From NCBI GenBank assembly GCA_022813965.1, contig JALDZS010000060.1:1-64000 (forward strand): 64,000 bases of DNA. The letters are read 5' to 3'. Made by a program: the position numbers and the translations under genes. Shown here one piece after another: positions 39,059 through 51,696 of this stretch. The notes below the pieces were generated by a model. The model saw nothing but the letters and a program-made list of their open reading frames with translations. It searched no databases and had not been told where the DNA came from. Within the stretch, counting starts at the first letter, position 1. Each line of letters begins with the position of its first letter. The stretch is from Toensbergia leucococca (Eukaryota).

Positions 39059-41634
39059 TTTCAATAGCTGGCTAGTATAAAAGGATATGGAGGAGATGCG
39101 TAGCCTAGCGACAGGCGATAGAATAGTCTACTACATGTCGTTGAAAATGACTCGCTCTCAAAAATTTCCCCACACAAAACTTTGGCCAGGCGCCCCGTTT
39201 ATTGCGGCTGCGATGAAACGTTTAAATATTCGGGGAACCCCGGCAGCCCGGATACCGTAGAATAGAATACGATATTCTAGCGCTATCCTAAGTGTTTGGT
39301 GCATCTTTACATCAGAGCCCCAGCCTCAGAGGTTACCTAAGCCCTATTCTAATTGACTCAGAGAACCCACAAGCCATGAGCCATTCAACGCAGATGTTCC
39401 ATTTTCTAACATAAATTAAGCAGTCAAAGCGATAGCTTATATTCAATCACTCCTCTCATTGTCGCATTGATCTCAAGGTACAACGTAAAACAACGGAAGG
39501 AATTTCCATCTAATTAGAGCACGTATGAACAACCAATCAAGGTTGACACAAGTGAGATTGAGGCTGGGTTTTGGGTATGTACATCCTCAAGTACAGGCAC
39601 AGTCATGATCAATTGGCATTGTCAATTGTATCAACCTCTTTCAAGGCTGAAGTAGGCTTGGACCGCCTCCCGATCCCGACTGGCTAACTCAGTTGAAACA
39701 CGAAATGAAAGCAAAATCTCTCATCCATACTACGAAACAACATCCCACTAATCAGATTGATAAGCCAGAAATATGTCATGAGTAAAAGGTGTTCGCTGCA
39801 GGCTCATATGATACCTGTTACGTCAAGGTCAGAATGCTGCTCCACTAAATAGAAAGCCAAGGATGCCTTTGAATTAAATGATGACGGAAATTTCAATAGA
39901 TCAGTGGGCTGTGGTGATCACCTTGAAATGAACAATCTTTCGGGGAATGCTAGCTTTCTCTGAACGTGCTACTCCGCAGTAGCAAATTGCGGCAAAAGGA
40001 GAATGCAACCTCGCAGCTTTTTTCAAAGTATGAGTTACCTTTCAAGTAAGTGATAAGAAGGGCTTTCAGGAAGAAATGACGATAGTGAATGATTGATAGA
40101 ATCTCTCAGCTTCATCATTAGCCAAAATGAGAGTCGAGCATAGGTGGGCTATGCAAATGGCTAATGAAGACTGGTAACAATTTCATCATGAGGTAAAAAG
40201 AAAATGCTGATTACCTCACGCTGCAGGTCATGAGTTGCGTTAATAGAAACTACCTAATTGTCTCATTTCCATATGCATAAACATATGAGTAGGCTTGTGC
40301 ATTGTGTGTAAAGCAGGTGTTTAGTCTACATAATAGATAGAGATGAGGATTTGGGAGATTGTAATCAAGCTATCAGGAGATTGAAGGTTGAAGCCAGAAA
40401 CGCAGAGCAGCGATTTGGAAGCAGAGACGTACGCCATGGTCGAGTTGAGCAAACTCCGACAACGAAGTCCACTTCGAAGTCGACTAAAAGAATGCTGAGT
40501 GCATTTGTTGGCCTCGGAAAGAGCCTCAACCTTAGCTGTTACTTTGGGCAGGAGTTTGTTTTATCGTTTTACAAGAGGTCGTGTAAATATGACACTATAG
40601 CAGACATACAAAGGTGACATCAGAGGCCCAGACTGACAACCCTATACACCCACCCATAGCCATAAATAATTGACAGGTTCCTCTAAGAAGAACCACCTTC
40701 GGGGGGACCCATCAATCCCTTCCGGTTACCAGACCTGCTTTCCTATTATCGGCTGAGAATTGTCGGATTATATAGGCCCAACAGATTGATAGATGACCAC
40801 AAAGATCACCTCTTCTCTGCACCCAACCGTCTTTTCAGCCCCCATTCAGTGATAGCTGTTACTTTTGATAATTTCAAAAGTGCGAGCGGAGGGCTCTCAA
40901 TACTATAAAAATCATACATTGGAAGTTTCAAGCCTGGAAGCACGCACCTAGAAGGCAGAATATCTAGGTAGGGTCTCATGTACTACCGTGGATCAGGTTC
41001 GTGTAGGATACCTTAAGCTCATGGGCTTGAAAGCACGTGGTTGAAAGGACATGGTCTGTTTCGATGTAATCTCTCCGCAAGTCTCAACTCTTCCCGATTA
41101 CGAAGATACATAAATAGCGGCGGTTACCTCCTACCAAAGACACGCAAGAGAACACGTTCTCCGTTCGCCGCTAAATTCCGGTATCGGCCTCTACCGTTCG
41201 GTGGTTACCGGGTCCAACGATTGGCTGGTATTGAAGCAGCATGGCGAGTCGATGCAAGAAGTAATATCGTCGTCGGGCTAGAGTCAGTCGCAAGAAATTT
41301 GGCAAGTGGACCCGCGTCGAAAATCAGTTACCTATCTGATCTGCGCTGGGGCCTCGTCTGCAGTCTTGCACGTCCGAGGGGCCGAGGAGGTTAGAACTAT
41401 TCTAGCTGAAACGGCAGATTGGCGATATTCCCGACAATACTTGCTGGCTGCTGCTGGTCCTGACCTAAGCTAGGTATGCTTAGGATATGCATACGTTGCC
41501 TTGATGGGAATCAGCATTATCGCATGAAGGCCATCTAGATTCACGGGACATGATGTAAAAATCGTACAAAAGATTAGAGAACTTGGTCCTTTCATCCATG
41601 ATCTAAAATAAGTAGTTCTAGAGTACCTTGCATC

Positions 41635-41676
41635 TTACCTACCTACCTCCCTACCTCCTACCTACCTTACCTACCT
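41635..41676. repeat. Imperfect (CTAC)n repeat
   Basis: Direct inspection; lies in the long upstream region of the HSF gene. Confidence 0.8.
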
Positions 41677-42720
41677 GGACTACAGTAGAATAGGTGTAGT
41701 CTGTGCTTGGGACTAAGGTAATTTAGGCCTGGTCTTCAAATGATCCAGACTATCTTACTCTACGTCCGTATAACCTTCATTATCTCCACCAAAAAATCAA
41801 GAACCCGGAAAGCCGAACCGTTACCTAACGTTAGTTCCTGTCTAAGTACCCTTTAAGTATCTTTTAAGTACCTTGATTCTAGCTCCCTTTGCCTTAGGCG
41901 AAAAAAGCCATGAGCCAGAACGCCAGGAGGCCAGCTAAGGTATTCTACAGCCACCAGCCTACGAGCTTCTAGTTTCTACCTTCTACATAAACCTCCTATA
42001 TTGGGGACCTCGACTTCCACTGGAGACTTTCTCTGTTTTATTCTTTGCTGGATGCTGACTGCAGCAATGGCCCGGCAAACTGCTCAGCTTTATCCAAGCC
42101 GAGTCTGACACCCAGCTTACAACATACCTCCACACTTCCCCAACCCCCCTGAGCCTTAGCTGAAGGCGCCTGCAATCAGACCCCTTCTCGCCAATCACTA
42201 TCTTCTCCCCACTACATTCAGCTCCTAATAAAGCACAGGCAGAACCTTCTAGCGTCATTCCGACACTGGCCCAAACCTATCGGGAGGGAGCATACGTCGG
42301 AACAAAGAAGCCTGCCCTACCACCATCCTATTTTTGTATAGCTTTTGGATACCAAATACCGACTGTCTGGCTACCACATCCCTCTTGAACCCTCCCCTCA
42401 CAGCAAATTATACCACACTCGTTCCTCTGCTACACTCTTGACGGCCATTCAAAAGCAACTGCGACCAGAACTCTAGACAGCCTTGAGCGAATTACATTCC
42501 ATAGTCGCAATCGAAGGCCAGCAACGACGGACGAATTTTTTCGGTATCCAGGAGAGCATGTCGTGTTAGTACACGAAATTGGGGCCTTTAAGCATCGTTA
42601 CAATCCTCTGCGTCATCCTGCTGCCAATGAAGCCTACGCCAGATGTTAGGAAAAGATCGCATCTAGTCAAAAGCTGCAACTATTCCAGTCCTCATATTCT
42701 CCCCCAATACAACCACCTCG

Positions 42721-44711
42721 ATGATGATGCATCGCATAGCAGAAGCGGTTTCGCAAAGCCCCTTCCTGGGCGATCCTCACCTCAACGGCAGCCACAGAAA
42801 CATACCCATCCTACCGTCTTCGATAAAGTCCACAGACGGTCACAATGGAGATTCAATGGACATCAGTCCTGGGGCATCGGCAGCCATGGGCCCACCTGTT
42901 CACAGTAGCCCTGAGCTGGAACATGCTCCTGGAAATAGCAATGGTGGTTACATGGATGCAGCACATGTCACAAATGGATCTACTGGTCATGCATTAAGCG
43001 CTGCTGCTGCTACCTCTTCGCAGCAGCCAAAGGTAGTACAGACTGCTTTCATTCACAAACTGTACAAGTAGGCACTCCGACCCTTTCTATCAGTACACCA
43101 TGCTCATCTTTGCAACAGTATGCTGGAGGACACAACTATACAACATCTTATATCCTGGTCGAATAGTAATGAAAGCTTTGTGATGTCGCCATCCACCGAC
43201 TTCTCCAAAGTTCTCTCGTAAGCCTGACCTCAGACACGAATTAATTTTCCTCCACTGAGCATTAGCAGGCAGTATTTCAAGCATACAAATATTTCCTCCT
43301 TTGTCAGACAGTTGAACATGTACGGGTTTCATAAAGGTATTGTCGAGCTGCTGCAAACCGACCGTAAAGCAGGGGCTAACACATCATCTAGTAAGCGATG
43401 TTTTTCACACCGGATCTCCCGAATCGACGCTTTGGGAATTCAAACACGGCAATGGAAATTTTAAGAGAGGTGATTTGGCCGGCTTGCGGGAAATTAAAAG
43501 AAGAGCATCAAGACATGCCCTAATCCACCGCGACTCTTTCCCGTCCCCCCATAAACCAAGCGTATCCCAGCCTGGGACTCCTTCCGAGCCCATGCCCGAA
43601 TCGGGAGATATCCGTCTCTCAAATCTTGAACACAGCCTTTATGATATGCATGCTAGACTAATGCGGACCGAGGAAAGCAATACTGCATTGAGTACAAAAT
43701 GCCAAATGTTGACCGATAGCCTAGTAAAGTGTCATCAAGTAAGCATAATGTTGTTCTGCCGCAGCTCCTGCTAATCTAATCTTGATCAGTGGAGTCTCGA
43801 CATGTCCCATTTCATTTTGGCAACAATTCCAGATCTGGAGAGCCCTATACGTCGCGACAGTGAGGATCTTTGCTTGTGACTTCGTTGTAGGAATCTAGTA
43901 CTGATTTCTAGTAGTATCGACAATGCAAAAAGATATGAGCAGACATTTAGATACAATGCGAGGTTTTGACGACCCGCATGAATCGCTGCTTTCCGGCCGA
44001 CAACCATATTTTTCCAACATGGCTCTCGACCCTGCGCCTCTTTCGCCGCGTCAAATGGTTCAAGATGACCGCCGCCCCTCACTTCATAATAATCCTCCAC
44101 GACAAAATAATCTCTACAGACCATCAGTTCCCTCTCACCTCAGTATCTCTCCCCGCCGGTACGGCTCCATCGGCGCAACGAACCCATCCCCGAATCACCA
44201 CCGTCCGGCAAACACCCAGCCAGTACCTCAAGTCGCCCCACATCCTCTCGCCTCAGTCTCTCCGCCTCCAGGGCCTAATCTTGGCCGCCGACACACGTCC
44301 GCCGACATTAGAATCCCGGGGTGGCCCGGCCACGGCAGCTCCCCCTTCACCTCTGGTCAATCTTCGACTCATTGGCCATCTTCTCCAAATCGAACACCCA
44401 ACCCCGCCGATCAGCACGTCCGCGACGTACTCGCGCAATATGAGCTCGGAGGATCCCGCCAAGGCTCGCATCAAACCTCTCCGCCGTTGACGAATGAGAC
44501 CACGCCCACTGCACTTTATGGCGATGGCGGGTGGTCGTTTGGCAATTCCAATTCGAAGTTCCCCGGGTCGAGGCATCTAGAGTCGGCGCCGCAGACTAGA
44601 CGATCGAGCATGGCGAGTAATGTGCATTCGCTACTTAATCCTGCGGAGACGGCGGAGAGAGATGAGGATGAGGCGGTAGGGGACGATCGGAAGAGGAAAA
44701 GAGTGCAGTGA
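42721..44711 (+). CDS. SFL1: HSF-type DNA-binding transcription factor, Sfl1-like
   Basis: TAFIHKLYNMLED..ISW..FKHTNISSFVRQLNMYGFHK..WEFKH..LREIKRR, coiled coil, C-terminal NVHSLLNP. Five introns. Confidence 0.9.
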
Positions 44712-46090
44712 TCTTTGTAATTTTGATCTGTTCATTTTCCTTGTTTTTGCTTTTGGGCTTCAAATTCATAGAAAAACTGTGACGGTCTGTGTTTTGTCGT
44801 TGTTCAAATTATGATGAGCTTTGGAAGGTGTTTTTGTTTTCAAAGTTGGAAAGATTTAGAAGCGCTGTTTGGAATATTGTTTATTCTGTGAGCTTTTACT
44901 GTAGGGTCTAGCGCTGTGGGATGGAGGAATGGATTGGGTGTCTTTGATTTTTCAGTGGTGGGAGGGGAAGTGGGGTTGTATGTAATCTTCGCAGGAAGGA
45001 AAGAAGTATGTTTGAAATTGAGAGGGAGGTGGACACCCTTAGTGTTTTGTGTGCCCTGGGCTTGAATGTTGATATGGGGAGCGAGGGAGCGTTTGTATAC
45101 TTTAATATAAGTTGGACATGGATTCATTGTGCAAACCGCTTCATGTCGGGATGAAAAACTTTTTTTTCTATTCCATATGACTTTTGCTTTCCATTCTTGT
45201 TGTTGTCAGTGGGGGATTTTGGGAGTCTTGGATTTTTGTGGGGCTTTTATTTTTTATTTATTTATTTTTTTTTTGAGAAGGCGGCTTTTTTCCCTTGCCC
45301 CTCCACGGTGCCTCGCGGTGACGATTGAATTACCGGAAACTAGGTAGATAGAGTTTTAGATCTTACAAAAGCTATTTACAGTACCGTTCAGGAATTTTTG
45401 CTTACGGTTTACCAAAAAACTCGGTGAGTATATTAGGTAGGTAGCTTATCATACATGAAGCCTAGGTATACACAATTTTGATGAGTCTTTCGGATCATGC
45501 ATTGTTTGTTTTGCGCGAATAATTGTCACCATACCTAGTTGTGATTCTCAATGTTTTGGTGGGGCTGAGATTCCGGCGTTCACATTGTCACTGCGAGGGG
45601 CGGTTGGCGGTGGGGGGAGAGAGGGGGGGGTTTGTTTCGGGGGAGGGTGGGTGTGGGGGGATTTTCATTTTGTGAGGATGTGGGGGGACGGGGGTGTGGG
45701 GGGAGGAGATGTGGGAGTGAATGAGGAGAAGGTTGATCTCCGGACGATGGATTTTTTTGGGAGACGGTAAAGGGTTGTCAGTGCTGGTTTTCCGGGATTT
45801 GTGAGGTGGTAGATTTTTTTTGTTGAGGATTTGTGCTTTTGGGTTGGGCTGTGGGAGCGGGTTGTGGGTGTCTTTTGTTTTCTTGAAGGAATTGTGGCGG
45901 GAGATTGCTTGGTTTGTGGGTTGTTTGATTGGATTCTTATGGGTTGGTTGTTTTTTGCTGGGGAAATTGTTGGCTTGAGCTGCATTGGTCTTTGCATTGG
46001 TGATGTGAGGGTCTAGCTTGCAATTCGTAATAGAGTCGTGAGTGAATCAACTATCTCTCAAGGCCATGAGTATCTATTTTGTAAAAGGTT

Positions 46091-46791
46091 TTAAATACTT
46101 ATTTGCGCAGCTTCATTGCCGCCACCGCCCTCGGTTTTCTTTTTCTTGTTCTTCTTCTTGCCTTTCTTCAGCGATCGCTCCTCTAGCACTTCGTCAAGAT
46201 AGTTGCGGTTGCGCTTGGGAACTCGATGGCTTTCTTGGACGGCGTCATTGGCTTTCTTTGGCGCTGTGTCCGAGGCTGGCTCTGCTTGGTTCTCGGTGGT
46301 GATAGCTTTGCGCTTCGGTTTTCCGAGGGAGGATCGCCCGGCTTCGTCTTCGCTGTCGCTGCTGGTGATCTTTCTTTTGACTTGATGGGTGGAGGGGGTT
46401 TTGCTTCCGAGCGGGAAGGTGCGTGGCTTTGATGCTGGGGGATTGGATTGGGCTTTTGCGGCGTCTTTGCCTAGGAGCTGCTTTAGGAGTTTGTCATTTG
46501 AGGAGAGCTTTTCTCGCTTGGCGTCGGTGTCTTTTGGGGTGGATGCGCCTAGGCCTAGTCTAGGTGGTGTTAGCCACTGGACTTCGTTTGGTGGTATAGG
46601 AGGGATGCTACTTGCGTTTCTGGTACGGGTGTAAAGATCTCCTGCTCCTCCCTTTCGAGCTCGGCATCTGATTTTGAGGGGAGCGAGGATGCTGTGGGTG
46701 GAGGGAGCCAAGACGCGATCAGGCGCTGGGAGTTTGCTAGGGCAAGGGAGGCTTTGTTGAAAATGATATCAGCGGGAGAGGGAGAGGTCAT
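46091..46791 (-). CDS. DUF3245-like conserved fungal protein
   Basis: IFNKASLALANSQRLIASWL, intron 46615-46560, then LGLGA and C-terminal YLDEVLEER..poly-Lys. Confidence 0.75.
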
Positions 46792-47416
46792 GTTGGAGGT
46801 TAGGTGAAATCGATGGCGTTGTTATTATTACGGATTCGGAGAGAGTGCGATTGTCACCATCAGCGTATTGAATGCCTTACATGGTGGTTATTGAAGTACC
46901 TAAGGTACTTGTTCCTCACGCTACGAAAGAGACTGGCTGCGTCACTGTGCATAGAATAAAATAGAAGCGAGCTGCAGGGCAAGAAGCACGAGGTCAACGG
47001 CATTTATGGCCAACCTCTGACAGCTTCACTGTTGTCTTGAAGCTGATGCTGGTGGAAGAAGGCAAGAAGCAAAGCTCATCATGTCTCATTCATGGCAATC
47101 ATGTTCAATGTGCTATTCTTACTCTGCACTGAGAGCCAGAACGCACTAGAATGCCGCCGTCGTGGTAAACTGCGAGACTACCAGCCCTACCTCTGCCTGC
47201 GTACCTTCCCCGCCCCGGCCACCTGGCGCCGGCATCCCATGCTTCTCGTTCATCTACCCGAGCCAGTGTAATGCTCCCTCCGCGTTGCCAAATGCATATA
47301 CGGATAAAGACGAGGGACTGATAGATTGCTGTGTGTCTCATCCCACAGACGACATGCTTTACCAGTAAGGTACAATAGAGCTATTGAGCTTCATTGATAC
47401 TGATTGATTCGCGCAG

Positions 47417-48079
47417 AAGACCCTACCCCTGCCGCTATTGCGAGAAGTCCTTCAATCATCCTGCTGAGTTGCACGGTGTGAGTACGTCTAGTCTAGAAGC
47501 CATTGGCCCTCCATAGTACTATTTAACTCTAACAGCAATCGTACTTAGCATTGCAATGTCCACCTAGAACGAGACATTCCCTGCTTCGGATGCTCGGACG
47601 ACATGATGTTCGCAACACACTCGGCTATGTTGATCCACATGGAATCGGGGAATTGCAGGACGACGCAGAGAAACCTAGACCGATTCGCTCAATGGGTCTA
47701 CCAGTCAAAGAAATATGTCGTACCTGGCTTTGAGGACTACCTTCGTGGTCGACGCCGGCAAGACCGCCGAGCTAAAGGCAGTAATAACCACTTTATCGAG
47801 AAGTGGCAATGCGATGAATGCCGCAAGACCAGCCAGACGGAAGCTGGTCTACAGAGACACCTTAATTCGCCAGTCCACAATTGCCTGTCGTTCAGATGTC
47901 CCGATTGCAAGATGGAATTCCCTACCCTAAGTGGTCTAGTTCAGCATGCCGAGAGCCTTAGCTGTGAGGAGGAGATACGCTTGGGTAGTATTGGGAAGAT
48001 GCTGCATTTCATTCATATGCGACTCACGAGGAACAAGCGAGAGGCCTACGCTGAGGACTCTGAGAGAGGACTGATATAG
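47417..48079 (+). CDS. C2H2 zinc-finger protein (5' end unresolved)
   Basis: Spliced RPYPCRYCEKSF..LHG/HCNVH, then CFGC..HMESGNC, CDEC..HLNSPVH, CPDC..HAES..C. Confidence 0.7.
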
Positions 48080-48968
48080 CAGCTTCACTCTTCCCTTTCT
48101 GAGAGTGGCATTTCTGTGCATTTCCGAGGAGAGAGATAAAACTTCAATCGGCAGGCGGATATTATTTGTCTGTTCATCAACTTCAGTGCACCTCTTAGTG
48201 TACTCTGCCGTATTTCTTTACTCCTAATAACGCTTAAATTAGTAATCGCTCTTGTGCCATCAACGTGGCCTATGTTGTTGCAATTGTAGGTCTTGGACCT
48301 CTTAACATGTCGGTATTAAGGTCTATTGCAACTATCTCCCTTTTTCCCTTCACTTTATCGCAAAATGACCGAGACAGTAGTTTCGTTTCCAGTGAATTCA
48401 CTACACTATCTCAACATAGCGTTTTCTCCCACATCCAATCGAAAGACAGTCCACAACATACATAGACTGATAGTCTTGACATGTCCTATATCTCACTCAA
48501 GCATCTTCGTTGTCTTTCATGAAGGCCTAAACTTAATCGTACTCACTTTCAACGTTTTAAACCCTCAGGATGGTGAAGTCTCACTTTGATCAACTGTGAG
48601 GCTTTCAGGAAGGTGACATTGTTGGTACACTGCCTACCTTCCAAGGCCATGGTTCGTATTCTATGTCTACATATCTAAATGGTAGAAAAGAGGTAAGCAG
48701 TCGTTATAACCAAGTCCCATCTTCTGAAGAAGAGCATGAAGCACCGTTTCGAATCGTATCATGCTACTTGAGTTGACTTTGAAGGCAGGCCTTTCACCTG
48801 AAGCCAACACAAATCTTTCATCACATTTTAACATCCTCCGAAACGTCTTCACCTCTGTATGCATAAGCTTCTCGCCTTCCAATCATTACTACCACTACTA
48901 TCAACAAGTCTGAGAGTTTCCTTGTGAATCGAATAGACGAGCCATACCGGCTCAATCACACACTCGCC

Positions 48969-50551
48969 ATGGCATGGTGTGCTACTTGTAGCAGGTCTTT
49001 CGTTAGCAACGAATCACTTCAACAACATTACACCAGCTCGAAGGCTCACATATACTGCGAACCTTGTGATCGCTATTTTCGTGAGGAAGCCCATCTCAGA
49101 CAACATGAGGCTGATTCTTCAGCATACGCTCCGCCACCGTACTGTCATAGGTGTCAGCTATACTTCGACGATGAGGATGAACTTGACGATCATATTGAGG
49201 ACTCGGACATGCACCATGAATGCTGGATATGTGACGATGATCTTCCAACCTATGCAAATCTATGCCAGCATGTAGTGCACATACACGGGTGGCTCTTTTG
49301 TGATAGATGTCAACGGTGTTTCGTCGATGAAGTCGCCATCAAGCAACATCTCTCTGCAGCTAAAAATCATCATGTCTGCAGTCTTTGCGGTCAAGATTCA
49401 CCTACCGAAGAAGAGTTCAAATCCCATCTCAACATGCACCGCCGACGGGAGCAAACATCTCAACGCCAGCAAGCTCCCATGCTAAAGGTGTGTCCCCACA
49501 ATATCCAGGCTTTACTATGACTAATGTTACATAGCCACAACCTCGCGCTCAGGAGCTCAAATCTTCAGCCCAGCTACGAGTAATTCCGCCTGTCCAAGAA
49601 CAGGCGGATCCAGAAGCACGAAGTCTGCCAAATTCGACTCCTTCCATGTCTTCACCTTCAACCAGTCTACAAATTTCCGCGCCACTAGAAAATCAGCCTT
49701 CTTTGAGGCCCAACGTGAAAGCTCAGAAATTGGGTATAGTCGGGATAGCGCCTCCAAATATTCTGTACGAAACTTCTAAACCTAAGGCACCAGCTCCATA
49801 TGAAATCCCGTTTCGAAGATATGAACTGGACACTCAACTAGGGCTCAAAGACTGTGCTGCGCCAATGCTCAATCGAATTGACCCAATTGTCCGTTGTGGA
49901 TCAAATGTAAGCAACAAGGATGACAATACGACTACGAGCATTCCTCAGGCTACTGCATCAAGCGAAAAGATTGAATCTCCATTTCACTCGCAAGCTCATA
50001 TAGGATCCAGACTTGCCCAGCTCCGTCTTGACGAGGACGACATAAGGCCGCCCAAAGTAGTACATCGTCCTGGATACAACAAGATAACATGTTTTGGCTG
50101 TTCTGAGCAGTTCACAGCGTATCACTCCATGATCTCCCACCTTGAAGGCGAATGTCCTTTTGAAATTGATCGACGTCAGATTAACAGACTAAGTCTGATG
50201 TTTGATTCGTCGGAGTATGTTGTGGCTGGACGTGAAGAGTGTCTTGAGGAAGCTTGTCTCGCTAATTCTAGTTATTATGACGGACTGATCCAGGCCTGGG
50301 ACTGCCCTGGCTGTCATCGAACCTTCAAGACGCAACCGCAATTGGAAATTCACCTCAAACAATCCGGCCATGCTTTACAACCATATATGTGCCCAAATGC
50401 TCTTTGTAGAGAGCCAGCCTCTACATTGCACGAGTTGCTAAGGCATGTTGAAAAGAACGATTGTGACGGAGGAGTGGTGATTGGGGTCACGACTATGGGG
50501 AAACTCATGCAGTACATACAGCGGAAGGTCTCCAGTGGATTATACGCTTGA
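48969..50551 (+). CDS. Multi-C2H2 zinc-finger protein
   Basis: Six N-terminal CxxC..H..H-type fingers, intron 49488-49534 in frame, and a C-terminal finger block similar to the upstream gene. Confidence 0.85.
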
Positions 50552-51696
50552 GGTATTTGACCTGTTCCCTTGAAACCAGGCGATCTCTAACCCGAATCTA
50601 AGGCCACGTCTTGATCGCTGTATTCATGATAGTTCCCTAGGATATTATGCAAGGTGTACATCGTTCTTACTTCTAAGCGTACCACAGCCTTGACTTTCAA
50701 GTCCGTACCACGTTTTGACAGCCTTTTCTCAATCGGTTAGGACAATTTCGCCCCGAGTTCCGCTAAAGCCGCCCCATGTCGCCGTTCTAAATTTTCATCA
50801 AACATCGCATTTACCTTGCTCAATCTACAATCCTGAGAGAAGCTCTTCCGCTACCCAACGAACGGATTACAATTCCTAGATTCGGAGGTAGTCAAGGTAC
50901 TCGCTGTATCTAGCCCACCAATCCTGATAAGCTACATTGGCGAGTGGTTTTTCTAGTGTTTGGGCAGAAGGAGGACACCAACGATATATGCTGGCCTTTA
51001 GCTTCTCAAAATCAAATCAATATCTGACTTCTCTCTGAAAACCCCTCTTGAACTTAGCTTTGAGACCCTTCCTCCTTCATCAAATCCTCCTCATCCCCTC
51101 TCCCCTCCTCTTCTCGTTTTCCCCTCCCCTCAAGCAAAAAAAAGAAGAAAAAAAGGAAAGAAAAGAACCACCCACCCCCACCCCCCCCTCTTAACCCTCA
51201 AACCACGCCCCTCCTCCATCCTGACCCCCCCCCCTCCCCTCCTACCCTCCCCCCCTCCCCTTAGTAAAACCCCAAAAACACCAAAACACCAACACCCATC
51301 TCCACCCTCAAAAAAACACCACCCTTCTTCCTCACATACATACTCTACACCAAACACCAAACACCTACTAGCAACGATCAAGAACAACAACAAAAGAAAA
51401 AAAGAACCAAGATGGATATCGATGACGGATTTGAGTAGACCATACCATAGAGGCAAAGAGAGTGAGTGTGTATATCTACCCAACACCTCCACCTCCACCT
51501 CCACCTCCAAAAAACCAAAAAGAAAGAGAGAAAGAAAGAAAGAAATCGCTACAAGGGAGATCCTTCGATCAGCCAAAGCCATCAATTCTAGCAATTCTAC
51601 CCCCATGACTCCCTCGCCCCCCTCTCCTCACATCCTCGCCCCAAACCGCCCCCCCAAGCAACCCCCCCTCACCCCAAACCCACCCCAAACCCCCAA

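Noticed and set aside
39670..39740. tRNA A-box-like GGCTAACTCAGTTG
   Set aside because: No B-box (GTTCRA) or cloverleaf follows.
45585..46016. ORFs in a G/T-rich tract
   Set aside because: Low-complexity composition with no recognisable domain.
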